In this document: positions 26,670 through 40,169 of the stretch, one piece after another
Position numbering within the stretch: position 1 is the stretch's first letter
Layout: each line of letters opens with the position of its first letter
Assembly: GCA_976226885.1 (NCBI GenBank)
Contig: OZ320314.1
Coordinates: 95,108,001 to 95,172,000 of the forward strand
DNA: 64,000 bases
Reading direction: 5' to 3'
Source of the DNA: Iphione sp. A-MEVVRFRX5
Taxonomy: Eukaryota
Position numbers and translations under genes: made by a program
The notes under the pieces: generated by a model
What the model was told of the DNA's origin: nothing
Seen by the model: the letters and a program-made list of their open reading frames with translations, nothing else
Databases searched by the model: none

Positions 26670-28399
26670 TACAATATATGTGCATTCGTATGCTTTTGCC
26701 AAGTACATGTATTCTCAAAGTTCCTTAATCTATGAAACTTGCCTATTTTGGTTACTTCAAATAAATAAATGTGAATAACTTTATCAATCACAACGTCTAT
26801 GTACCTGTTTTAGGGCTCGTTATTTTGATATGGGTTCTTCCCGACGTTGGTACTAACCGTGTCCTAACAATACATCACCATTCTGCCAACCCTGGCGGGA
26901 CCTACGCAGCCAATTACCCTTTAGCCACCACCTGTGGTGCATTAGTGAGTGTTTCTTCGTCCATTTGCCAAGACAGTGAACATTCCTTGTGTTTATCCCT
27001 AAAGCTCTGAACGCCGCTTGAATAACGCACTGAAAACAGACGGCCAAGTCCTTTACGAAAGTCACGATGTCCTACGGCACAGTCTGAACATTGAGGAGTT
27101 TAAGAGTAGGAAAGATAGGTTTTTTCCTGGTTTCACTTTAGTATTTGTTCACTGAGACAAAATAAATATATTCCCATCATTCTAGTTCCCATGTGAACTA
27201 TGGCAATGTGATGAGCATTTTTGCTTCTACCTAATCTTGCTCGGACCTACAACTAAGACAGATTTCTCTCAGTACGGAGTAAAATTATTAGAAATACAAT
27301 CATATATGCGACGAATATATTCATACATCATGTATATATATCTAAAACGTTACTTCATCTTTGTTACTGATATTATGGCAAGAGATGTGGGTTAAACTAA
27401 ACATTGAAGTTCTAAAGCGTACCCGCCTCATTGATGGAGATTATAATGAGCACGGCCTCAAATAAAAAGAACTTTATGACGTAATGATTGTAAATAATGT
27501 AATATTTCATGCCACCTAGCGTTTTGACCGGTAATAATTAACTTCAATGAAATACGAACAGGAATCGCATCAGCATCGAGTTACCCTTGGCAAGTCTCTC
27601 GATATTTACTGAGGCTGGGCACGAATGGATGGACATATCCCTGCTGTCAGATCAGAAATTGGCTGCGTTTTAATGCCATCCAATAGATGGCAACATGGAT
27701 ATGTTCGTGCGATACGAGGGAACAGGATGCACCCAATAAATCTCACCCATCACAGAAACGAGAGTAGAATATCACCTATGTGGTCGTGTGTGGCAAAAAT
27801 AAGGGCACCAAGGTGTAGATTGTCGTAGTACCAACAGGATGGATCGTATATTACGACCATATTCATCCAGTTAGGAGATCAATTGACAACCTCGTCTAAT
27901 GAAATAAGTTGTATATCAAACACAAAATGCTAATCGGACGGTAGACCCTTAGCCGCTCTTTTCTGATGAATGAATTTGAGATAGCTGATTAGAAAATGGC
28001 AGCAAAATCTTTATAGGTAATAGCTATTTACGGCTATAATTAAAAATACATTTATGCACACCAGGGTACAATTAATAATGTAGCTTTTTAATTAATTTTT
28101 TTCTCACCGAAAGATAATTCAACAATAATTCGACTGATAGGCATGTAGTCCGCACTAGCAACAAGATTTTGGATAGAATTCGTTCCATTTGACGACTACG
28201 TTGAATCTTCTGACACGAACAGATCTACTATTGGGAATTAGCAGACAGTAGAATGAAACATGCATAGGTTAGCGAGAACTTCCACTTCGGTGCACAATGA
28301 GAAGGACCACGCTAGGGAGACGGATAATGTTCGGCTACGGTGTCATGGGCTCATACAATGACGCTAGACGGCTGTAAGGAGTAACTGCGAGCATTTGGA

Positions 28400-29700
28400 G
28401 ACTCCCAGCCGCTCTGCCAATGAGCAACTCAGCGCGAATCTACAAGAACAGACGGCGCATAACAATGAGTCCATCCTGGCCGTGAGGTGGGAAAAGGTCG
28501 GTCTTTCGACGCCCTGGAGCGAGTGGCTCCAGGGCCAGGTGAGCCGTACCTTCTGACCCTATCCACTGACGGCTACTGCACCCGTCCCCACCACCTCCTG
28601 CTTCACAAAGGAGACTCATTACCGGCGGGACAAGCACGAAAGGTCCAACGCCACCAGGCCTGCAGAGTGATCTATTATACAGGATGGATGAGAGTCGATT
28701 TAGCAGGCGATTTTTTAAAGGCAAGTCGACTTTGGATGTCCGGAGAGCAACAGAAAATAGACCGTTATATTTATACACCCCCGTCAGCCATAAACATTTA
28801 TTTATATAGGAAGTCTGGAGGTGTAGCGCAGATGGATGCCTCGGTAAAGTTGGGTGGAAAGCTCCTTCTCGTTTATGTGGTAATGGGAATATATCCCCTC
28901 AAGGTGCTAATTCGTAATTTTGCCAGAAACAACATCAAGGTTTGTCTTACTGATTGGCATGACCCCCCCCCCATAGTCTTTGAGATGGTCCCTATCCCTC
29001 ACGAAACGCGGGCAAACCTGCCTGTCCTTTGATAGAAGAAAGTCAATACTACCGATTATAGTGCACACGAACTTGATTGCAAGTGACCCTGTCATACTTT
29101 ATATGCTTACCGTTTTCCTCTTATCACACCTCACAGTGTCATGCATCCTCTTGCCTTTGGGCCTATCATCTTTCTACAATCACACCGCCCTCCTGTCCAC
29201 CGCATCCACTCATCCGACCTGCCGGACCTAACTACCACAACCTGCCAATAAACAAGGAGGTCCATAGACCGTTGGTCACCTCCTATCATGGTCAACTGTG
29301 TCCAATCTGGGCATGCCCAGGTAGGACTCGCCCTCTATCAAGGAGGAGATCCACGCAAGTTGCATTATCGCAATTGCCTCCTCATTCACGCCGGCGCCAC
29401 CGAAGCCAACTGCCCTCCACCGAGTGGTGCCTTTCGCTGCCGACCACCCACCCATCCACCCCTTCCTCTCCTCCACCATCCCCCTCTCCGACATGTCTGC
29501 CAATACTGTCTTTCTGCCATCCCCGCCGCCCGCTGTTGACCTTCTGCCGATTCGGCCTATCATATATATTAAGACGAACCCCGATACTAGGCCTCTATGG
29601 AGGGCGAGCTAATTCCGAGCGGGCCTGCCGATCCATAAGTTAGAATGGGGCGCCGCTGGCATTACCGACACGGCGGAGGTGATTGATCCACGTTTGACTC
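28400..29700 (+). mobile_element. Highly decayed tyrosine-recombinase retroelement remnant
   Basis: GC-rich island with eroded YR-like motifs ('GQLCPIWA'; 'H..GATEA' resembling HSFRIGAAT). No intact frame. Confidence 0.35.
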
Positions 29701-32700
29701 TTCAAACAGCCGCCAGGAGGCAGTTGGTGATGGCTACAAGAGAGCATCATGTGAACAAGATCTCCCCTTACAGTTTCGAGCACCAAAATGATGATGACAG
29801 TTTCTTTCGTCGTTGACATTAGAAATTAGAATTACTATACCGGTGTTGAAACAACATTTTACCTATACGATGTAATATGCGGCAAATTTGTGAAATGGTT
29901 TCATTGGTTTTTCATTTCGTTTTTTTCTTTCTCAAAAGAATTATCATAGGCCCAGATCGGCGGTTATTTGAGCTAGGCCACCATCACATTATTTTTGCCC
30001 CAAACTCCCTCTTTTCAATTATGTTTTTGCAATATACCCAACCGTCAGTATCTGTCTTGTCAAAGCACCCTTAGCTCACTTTTAACAAGAATAACCTCCC
30101 CTCCCCCGTAATGGCCGGAAGTTAGAAACTCGCCATGGTGCCGCCTGGTGGGAAACATGCGCACTGCCATATGGGACCCTGTCTCGGTGACGACCCATTC
30201 ATTGGCTTCCGGGCCACATTTCGCTCGTCGGGCGGCGCTGCCATCGACGGGGTTAGATGGGTGCCTGGGGTCCTCGCCGCCTTGCCTTGGGTGGTCGGCA
30301 ACGTTTTAAGTCCGGATCACACGCTGCCCAGTCCGCTCGGCCATTCACCCAGACAAAGATACCCGCAGGGACCGTAGCCCGGTGCGGCGGTTTTGGGAGA
30401 GATGTCGGTGTTGTCGTGATGGAAACTGACTGGTGTCCATCGGCCAGGATTAATTACCACGTCTGTGAGGCATGGTCATGAACTTCAGGCTTTCACAAAT
30501 GATAAACGGTTTCATCCCCTGCGAGAAACAGGGGGATATTGTGTGATATTTATACTGAACAAAATTGGCCGCGATCAGGCTTTTATCACCACAGAGGACA
30601 AGCTCCCCTGAAATATGGTGAGGGGACTCAGCTGAATTGTCTGTGTTCCTTGTTTCTTAAAATTTCTCATCTAGACCATTTTATATCGGATCCCATGGGC
30701 ACCAGCTGCTTTCTATAATCATGTAACCTATCAAGTCATCTAGTTAATTCTATTAACCTATATGAAGGGAAATGAAAGTGGAAAACGATGTCCTCGCTGA
30801 GGGTTGACATATTGATCCACACACTCATCATCCATGCCCAATGCTCCCACCACCCTCTGCTTCCACTGCTCTCATATCTGGTACCGTTTTGTGCCATCTG
30901 GGACTAACAAAATGGTTTGGCCATGCATTTAGAGGTTTATCTTCATCCCTTGTTCCTCCTGATATGCTCGTGACGTTTTGCAAAGAAAAGGAATTAATAC
31001 AACTCATTCTGATTTGATCAAAACCGTACTATTTAACGTTGTCTTTATTCTTAGAAGACTATTTCACAATTTAATACTCAACGACAGAATTATCACCACA
31101 TGCTATTATAATAGTGCTATATATTCTATGAACTCTTTCGGTATCCTCTCATATACTCTCCAAATAGGAACCCAATAAACATATCAACTTCAAAAGTAGG
31201 GTGGGATCAGTTACGCGTCACAATTCTGAAGGTCAGGCATCAGCAGATATCAGATGCAGACCCCTAAAGATAATTTCCTAAGGGACTCCCAATCACAGAG
31301 AAAAAAGATCAAATCCTCTGCGTCCTTACATTGCAGTACTCGGGTTGTGGGAAACCTGGGCGACACTGACCTGGGCGATATCTTTACTACTCAAAGTCAT
31401 GTGTTCAGGATTGTTAGACACAGGCAGAAAACTCATCGACAGCAGAGGCAGTCTTCACAGGTCGATTTATTTGGACTGAAAAGAGAGTAGCAACCCTTTG
31501 AAATCCATTCTTTGTCATGCCTTAGGTGATCTTTCAATCTGTAATCAGCTCTCCTGTGACAACCGGATCGTATTTTACAGCATTTTTCGCTTTAATTTTC
31601 ACTCTGCCGGAGTGTGCAGACATCTAATGTACAAAACACGGGGTGTCCTCTTACGATAGGGAAATTTTGGACGGCTGGTTAAGTAGAATAGTGACAGGGA
31701 GAGGAGGAGGGTAAGCATAAGTCCAACGCATATCTACATTTACATTTGTACATACATTTGTATCTACAATCCACTGCTTTCACGGTTGCAGTCAAGTGGT
31801 AACACGTACCTCTACCTGGAAAATGTATGTTTCTAATGTCTTTAAGAAACAATGGTACGCACGAGATAACTGGAGAAAGATCGACAAAATATCGTCGAGG
31901 TAGTTTGCATTTGTGCAATTTTCATTACAGTCATACATGCAGTGTTATCCATTTTAAAAAAAAACAGGTCTAACATTTAGAAGAGAACTGTGCATTGATG
32001 CCATACCTTCAATATCTAATTTTTGTTAAGCGCTGATATGGTAAATGGTCTCCGGTAAATTTTATTTCTTTAGCTTGAGTTGCAAACTCTATGTGATCAC
32101 TCGGCATCCTGTATTTTGCAGAATAATACATCTACTCTACTAGAGACGAGGAGTGTTGTCCAAAACAAAACGATTACTCGAGAAAAAGAAGGAGATAGGA
32201 CATTCCCACGTTGACGATGCAAGTAGCTTGATAAAACGATCCACAGTCAGTACACAGGCGTAATTCTACCCGTAGCTTTGACAGAATTTTAATTACTTCA
32301 TTGCTGAAGGTGACATCACAATGCACCTATCAGAAGAGACTGACATTTTTGAAGTGTTACACTGGCAGAGTAGCTGCGGCACTTTAAGATGATCTTCAAC
32401 TGCATGGTTTTATGAGCTAGAAGTCGATTAATAGTTTATTGAATATGCTTTCCAATATTTCGTTGTTTTATTTGGTCGTGATTCCTGGTTCTACTAGATG
32501 TTTCAAATCCCCAGGCAAATACATAGCATGGTATCCTAAGATATATGAAGTCTACTAGCGCAATATGTCGATAGTTTCAGATGTACACTACACTTTGCAA
32601 CTATGGACCACATAAGTATTGTGCTACACTTTTACAAATGCCGTCGGAGATCTGTGTATCGATGTTTACTACCTTACTCCTTGGTATTTCTTGCGCTGCA

Positions 32701-34338
32701 TCCTCCTGTTCTGTCTCTGTCTTTGGCTTACAGCTCTGTCTTTGGCTTACATCGAGAAGAATGTACCATTCACTTATGTAACTGGCTGCAGCTCACAGGA
32801 CTTTCACATTCATCCATGAACCTTCATTCTCTAGGGAATTTAAATTTACAGTATCTGACATATTTAGCGTGCTCTGCAGAGATGCATGCCGGCATTTTGG
32901 CTTTGGTTAGTTAAAAAACAACCGTGTCTAACACTAAACAGTACATTCACATACCAGCTGGAAAGTAGCCACAACGTTTTTGGCGAAGCCAGAAGCCACT
33001 CATGCTAGTGCGGAGTAGTTACGTGCTCGAAGTTACTTCCGAGCTGCTCTACTTTGGCCGTCCATCGTAAATTCCTGTACATTTATACATGCGGAAAAAA
33101 AGAGCAGAGTGTTTAAAGGGTGATGATCTATCCCCTTATCTGTTGAGTGATGGCGTCGATGAGTGGAGATAATCCAGACTCATGGCCGGGTAGGTCTAAC
33201 CCGTGAGGCCCTGAACATATTACATGTCTTCACGTTCACAGCGGCTCAGCCATAAGCAGTGTGCTGAATGCATCAATTTGTCTACCTACGTGTCTCTATG
33301 TCTCTTCCTCCCTCCGGTTTAATTTACCATGAGACAAAGACAATCTTCCTCTAGGCTCAACGCTTCCTCATCTCACTCTCTAAAGTTCAGTATGCTGCAC
33401 TAGATGAAGAGACAGTTTCCAGCCTGATCCCGCTCATATCCTTTTTCTGTTTTCCTGTCACTCTCTGTCTTCTCTCTGTATCCGCTTGAGTTGTCTGTAT
33501 TGCTTGAATAAGCATTATTGACGATGTTAGTTGCTGCTCTTGTAATTTGACACAATAATTAACTAGATTGTCTATAGATATCCTGGGGTGTCAGTTTCGT
33601 CCACTAAGTATATATGTGCATATATAGAGAGAGATAGAGCGTATACAGATGATTGATAAAAATAGATGAATTATCATTCACGGATGTAATCCTAGAAAGA
33701 TTCAGATACATCGAAAACGATGAAAGTCATAAAGAGAATATGAGGGGGAACAAAATATAGAAAATACAAAAAAAGTTAAATATTGAAGGATCGCAATAAA
33801 TATAGATCATCAAAAAGAAAAAGATAACCTAGAGGTAAGAGCTGGAAAATAGGGATCCGTAGAGAAAAGAAATTTACTATATACAGGGCAATTCCAGCAC
33901 AATACCTGGGACTACCATGTAACCTGTAACGAGGTGTTCCTGCCCCACTGCTCCCCCCCCCAAAAAAAAAAGAAAATGGGAGGAATAATCGACTCAGATA
34001 ATATTAAAGATAGAGATTACATGGTAAGATAATAAGTGATAATTTCAGGTCGTTCATTAAACAAATAAAGACCATGAGAATGACTGATAGGTACCTGCAT
34101 AAATAAAAGTATGTTATAAGCAACAATATTTAGAGATGGAACAACGCACAGAGATAAACAATACTGTATAGAAATGCTATAGAGACATGTAGAAATAGAA
34201 ACAGGGATGAAATATTTTTGTGATACACAAGAAAAAATCTAGAAGCAGCAAAGTAATGTAAAATGCAGAACAAAAACATATTCTTGCATCTTCTTCCGTC
34301 CTTCCAAACAGACTACATGTATCCACACATTTCCCTAA

Positions 34339-34668
34339 GAGGCTATTCACATGTACACGTACGATATCCATATTTTTCTATGTCTCCGGACATGTAGATA
34401 CCCATCATATAGAAGTCATGTAAACAATTCAGATGCACATGTATCTGTATGGATCCGTGCCTAAGGATCCGTAGACATAGATGACAAAATGGTCTGGGAC
34501 AGATTTTCGACATCTACGGATCCACAGCTCATAGACTCCAATAGTAAAGAGACGCCTGGTTAACATATGTAATTAATTAAAATAGATATCCATAGGCGGT
34601 ATCTACGTCTCTGGATCCATAAACATAGTTTTAATCCAGAAATTGTATATGTACATGTGAATAGCCGC
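34339..34668. mobile_element. PIF/Harbinger-like MITE, family B
   Basis: TIR GAGGCTATTCACATGTACA / TGTACATGTGAATAGCCGC with a TAA TSD (34336-34338, 34669-34671); internal GGATCCGT-type repeats. Confidence 0.8.
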
Positions 34669-34919
34669 TAACTATCTAAGTCTATCCTCTATTTTTTGCT
34701 GTTGTGCTATCTACTCCAGCATTCTCCACCTAAATCGCTGATTAAAGAAACGTAAATTATCACTGATTGTCAAAACACACCCATATCAGGAATAAGCCAA
34801 AATATCTGAAATGTTGTGTCTGACCACACATTACCGTCCTCTAGTATTTTTCTTTTCCTTTTATTTTGCTTTAACCAAGTCAAATCATCTCATCTCATGT
34901 TATTTAATCTCATGCAATA

Positions 34920-35500
34920 GGTATGAATCTATACGTGGAAACATTATGTGTGGCGTCCCCCAGGGGTCCATTCTCGGACTCCTATTTTTCCAGCTATTTA
35001 TATATGACTTACATCAAAAATTAAAAAGTGGAATACCATTCATGTATGCAGACAATGTCGCAGTGGTGGTGCATGGGAACACACATGAAGAACTGATGCT
35101 GAAGATCACACAGGTGGGTGACATGTGTAGTCAGTCATTTCGAAAATGTTAATAAATCATGATAAAATGAAGTGTGTGCACTTCCACTATTGTAATAGGG
35201 TAAAGAATACACATGGTAAAGTACTACTTTGCTGCACACAAATACATGTGGTAACAGAGATTAAATATTTGGGAATTGTACTGGACAGTGCTCTAACGAT
35301 GATGAAGTGCAACATACAAGTGGTATATAAGCTTGTAAGCAAGTACAATTACTTCAGGAAGATTCACACCTGCTTATCAGTTCCAACAGCAGTTATAATA
35401 GCAAGGACAATGTTAATCCCTATCTCGGAGTACATAATGATTGTCAACACTAACATGAAAACAAATCAGTAGTAAAAAAAATTGATTGATGCAAGTACGG
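34920..35500 (+). mobile_element. LINE reverse transcriptase fragment (CR1/L2-like)
   Basis: 'CGVPQGSILG.LFFQLFIYDL', 'MYADNV' and 'IKYLGIVLDSALT' across two frames (ORFs 34811-35152 and 35146-35472). Confidence 0.8.
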
Positions 35501-38500
35501 AGAAACATCGTAAACACAGCTTATGGATACAGAAAATACAGCGTAGCAGAAGCAACAAAGGATTATATAGTGAAAAAGGGATCAGAGAATTCTGTCAGTT
35601 CACAGGGACTTAGTCCAAGTTCAGGTTTCAATTTTGGAGAGAAGAACATGGTTGTCAGCACGAAGTCAAATACCAATGCAAAAACCACCTAGGGAAAAAT
35701 ATAAATTTTCAATTGTATATGCTGCCCATCATCTATATAATCAACTACCAACTCAAGTAGTAAATGGAGTGGGGCAGGGATTGCTAACATATCTCAGGGG
35801 TTAGGTAGGGAACATCAGACATCGTTTCAAGTAAGCTAAAGAAAGTTACGCAGCTATCATCCAGATATTATGTGTACATGATGCACATCTGCTGCACTCC
35901 ATTTAATAGGATGGACTAGGAAATGTGACCTTTAATACATGGGGCACAGCCACTGTATACAGAACACATAGTATCGATATAATACTGTATGTATTATAGT
36001 TCTTGAGTATTGATGAAGGTATGTAGTACAGATTGCAGATGTTGAGGTTATCTCGGCTAAGTAAGAAAAGTCACTATCAAGACCAGAAGTACATGGGGCC
36101 CTGCCGCTGTACAATGGTTAATTAGTATGATTCTTTCTTAATGCACAGATTTAAACCGAGAAATATCTACATTTTTGTAACATACAGACAGTGATCCGAT
36201 TTTATTAAATTAAGTAAAAATACATACTGGTACCAAATCCTTAAAATAACAAATACCTGCTTTCATTCAAAATCTGGAAGTTAATGAATAAGGATACACT
36301 GCAAAAAGGGCTTCATTTCATCTCATTTCATCTCTATCATTAAGGTTGTTGATACACCTGGCTGGACTCACGTACTATGTACACTCATCCAGTGATAAAA
36401 AAAGAAAGATTTAAAAAAAACTTCTACTACGATGAAACAGGGGAATAAAATATTCCTTACTTCAAAATTAACCGATTAAAGGAAGTCAACAAACCTAAGA
36501 CGTAAGATATCGAATATACTTTTATATAGTAGAGTGACTGTATGCCCTCCATTCATTTCCTTCCCTTAATTGTTTCTGATCTTTATTTTCAATTACTACG
36601 AGGAGTTTTGAGACTTTCCGAAACTGACCATTTGTTTCCCTCAAGAGGTGCTTTGAAGAAGTGATAACATTAAACATCAATGATTACATATGACATCATG
36701 TACAGCTTTCTAAAGTTTCGTTAGATATTATCGGATGAAATTACCCTTAATACACCTGGAAATATATCACCCGCCTGTCATATCCTCTTCAAATTTATTT
36801 TTAATTCTTCAAAGTGAAGCGTCTGCAGAATTTAGTTATCTTGAAAAGGGATGTACGTCCCTATAATTGCAGTCTGTACGTTGATTTTGAATTTGATATA
36901 TTCATAGTAAAAAGCTTTCAAGTTAAGATACACTGCTGTTGAAGTGTACCCTGTGAGGTAAATAAAGAGGGGGGTTTTCGGTATTTTCATAGACGCACTC
37001 TAAAAGGAAATCAGTTATATCGTTCAGGTCCGGGTGCACTTTGGCTGCTGGAGGGAGAATCAGCAAAAAATGGTACCGATTTATGCCCACTGCTAACTGC
37101 GGTCGGATCCACCCTTTAATTGCCACATTAATCTGGACGGACGGGGAAAAAATTCACGCGGGGAGCAGGCGTTAGTGGGCATACGATAACGTGGAAACGG
37201 TCCAAATTGGGAACCCACTACTTCTCTATAGTTCTACCCACTACAACAACCCCACGCGTCCCCATCACCATCCTGTGGCTATGCTACAATACCGTTTGCG
37301 CAGATAGCGGTTAGAGAGGTGTGGGGAGTCAGACGGGTAAAGAGGAATGCCGCGAGAAGAGCTCTCCCGATAAGCCTACCAGGCGCAACCTAAAGAGGAC
37401 CAAGAAGATGGAGCGGCCGCGTTGTTGCCATGGCCCCAGTCATCCACGTGCCACGAGCGTCTAGAAGACTGGCACCGCTCATGGTGCTTTTTATTCTCTT
37501 TTTCTCTCCCTATGATTCTGCATTTAAGTAGTCGTCGAGCCTTTCTCGTTTTTGTATCGCCAAAAGAAATGCCGAAATTGAAAATGACATTATCGCTGAT
37601 GGAAGGTAGTGTCGCTCGCTATCTGCTGTAGGGTTGCCGTGGAACGTTTAAGTTAGAACTCCGAGCCTTTCCGCCCAACATTGATTTTTCATGCATGCCA
37701 TGCAGCCAACGTGTGGTTACTTTTAGTCCTTTAAACCTTACCATTTATATTCAAAACACTCTGGATATTCTCATATGACATAGCCCTGTGAACCTCTAAG
37801 TTATTTACACGTATTTAAAGCATGGCCACCCTGTAGTATTTAGTTTAGTGACTTGTACCTCTTGTGTGTCTCCTGTAAACTCCGGACAACAGCGCCATAA
37901 TATATTGATCTTGACCTCCTAGAATTACATTTGTTCAATAATGCCATGCTTTTAGTAAGTCCACCTCGTTAGTGACTGTATTTGAAACATTGCTTTGTAG
38001 AGACTAATTCAGCTTCACTTCGTTAATCTCCACCTCGCAGTATTTTGCATACAACCGGTTGTATATACCACATAGAGGCAAAAGTTAATGGAATTGAAGG
38101 GATTATTATTATGTGGATCTCAACATATCATCTGTTGATGGAACCAAACTCCAAATACTGGGAAATTGTCGAAATTATGGGATCATCCTCTTACGATCTT
38201 TCTTTTCTGAAAGCTTTGAATCCAGATTCCTGTGACCCTTCTCTACACTCAACCCGTTTATTCCTCCATCATAGTAAGAGTTTCATATCCTTCTCTCAGC
38301 TACACATTCCTTATTAAAATTCAGACGGAAGTATAATTAATGGATGTGACATCCCTTTTGAGTGCGGCCATACATGAACACACATCCATTGAGGGGCAAC
38401 GGTCGATGTGTAGCTATACACTCCAACTGAATTGCAAAGAAGAGGCATTTATGAGCCACCCACCCATTAGGAAAAGACTGCATGAGCTTAAATGTCTGAA

Positions 38501-40169
38501 TAGGTGTGGTAGTAGGCAATCAAACCTTAACTTTTACATGTAAACAGGAATGAAATAAAGTACTACTTTATGACCATCCAGTCTTCTGCAATGTTTTGGG
38601 AACTAGGAGTAATACCTCCAACGGGCTACCCATGACATGCATTAATTAATAATCAAGCAGAGCTACTTGCTATGACAGCATGTTCCCTCAAATATAAGTA
38701 ACACTTTTTAAATCTCAAATTAAGTCAGATATGCATGATATTACCTTAATTAATACATACGCTTTATAAACAGCATTAACATTATTTCTCAACCCTAGAT
38801 GCAATCGTTATCATGGGGTTAAATTCTTAAGGCATTTTTCAGTTCATAAAAGTCCTGTTCTGTTTGCATGATTGCAGTATGATTGCAGTATGCATAGATC
38901 CCTTTGTGAACAAGACATGAATGCATTCTAAGCCTTTATCGCCCATCTTGAAAGCTACACGACAATTCTGCAATCTTCTGAAATCTTTCCTTCTCTTGGT
39001 TGTCTGGATTGTCAGGATGAAGATGTGAAAGGGGATTTATATGGTAACCCTTTCCCGAACATCTGCTGTTTTCACGTTCTTGTTAGAGTTGGTTGGAGTT
39101 GGTTGTTGGTATTGCCTTCTAAATGAGGAGAGTTTGGTTATCTTGGAGAATCCCCTCGTGTCTCCTGTACTTTGAGTTTACCTTACAGTCGCTGACATTC
39201 ACGGTGCTTCCAGTGTATGTAGTGTACATGTACATGAATCGAGGCATGTATGTGCATGTACATGTATGCATGTACACGTGTCGTATTGAGATCGTAGTCT
39301 TTACTCTTTATCCCAAAAGACGTCGTCGGAAAAACGTGTTATCACTATATGGTCTATGATTAAAATATAGTTTTTATGTGATGGCATAAATTCATTTTTA
39401 AACAACAGAAGGCATATTTAATAGAGTACATGTACTTGTAACACCCACTTTATTCAATACACGAACTGTTCTGACGAATCTTTAGCGATCATAGTTGAAA
39501 TGATAGCATGCAAATCGACGGCACCAACCCCGGCGACATGTTACATGCTGAGAATGTGGTGGTCTGAGATTTTCGGGTGTAGGAGGGATCTGTCAGTCGT
39601 CGCCTGCCGGTCCGGGTTTCGCTGCTGACGGGGCTATGCAAACAGTTTGGCCCAACCTGTCGGTGGTCACTGCAAAGCGGCGGATGCCAGGAACATGTTA
39701 ATCGGTCCAACATCTGTTGGGGCCTATCGACAGCAGGCTGGCTTTAACGTGCTCAATTCGGGGCACATTGGTTTAGAAGGATATCAGAGGATGGGAAACA
39801 GGTGCGAGGCTTCGTCTCAAACTACGTGGGAAGGTACAACGAAATGTATGTATAGATACTGTACATAATAAACTATGGACGAGGCTTCGTCTCGATCCAA
39901 TGTTACTTGATGACGTTGACTATATGCAAGGTTATGATCACGGAAATACTATTAAATGTCTGCCTTTAATTACCAAGTAAGCCATTAGGTTATGAGGATT
40001 TTTCCTCTACTAATAAATCAAAATATCATACTTATCATTACATACATATCATTATTGCCTATGGATCAACATTGTAGAAAAATACCATGGACATGTATAC
40101 TAACTGTGCTGATGTATAAAGGACCTAGGGGGTGGCTATATCAACAACGAGCATGTTATAATTGGGATA

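Noticed and set aside
33112-37114. TTAAAGGGTG / CACCCTTTAA as possible Kolobok-type termini
   Set aside because: Only a 10-bp match over 4 kb with unrelated interior; consistent with chance.
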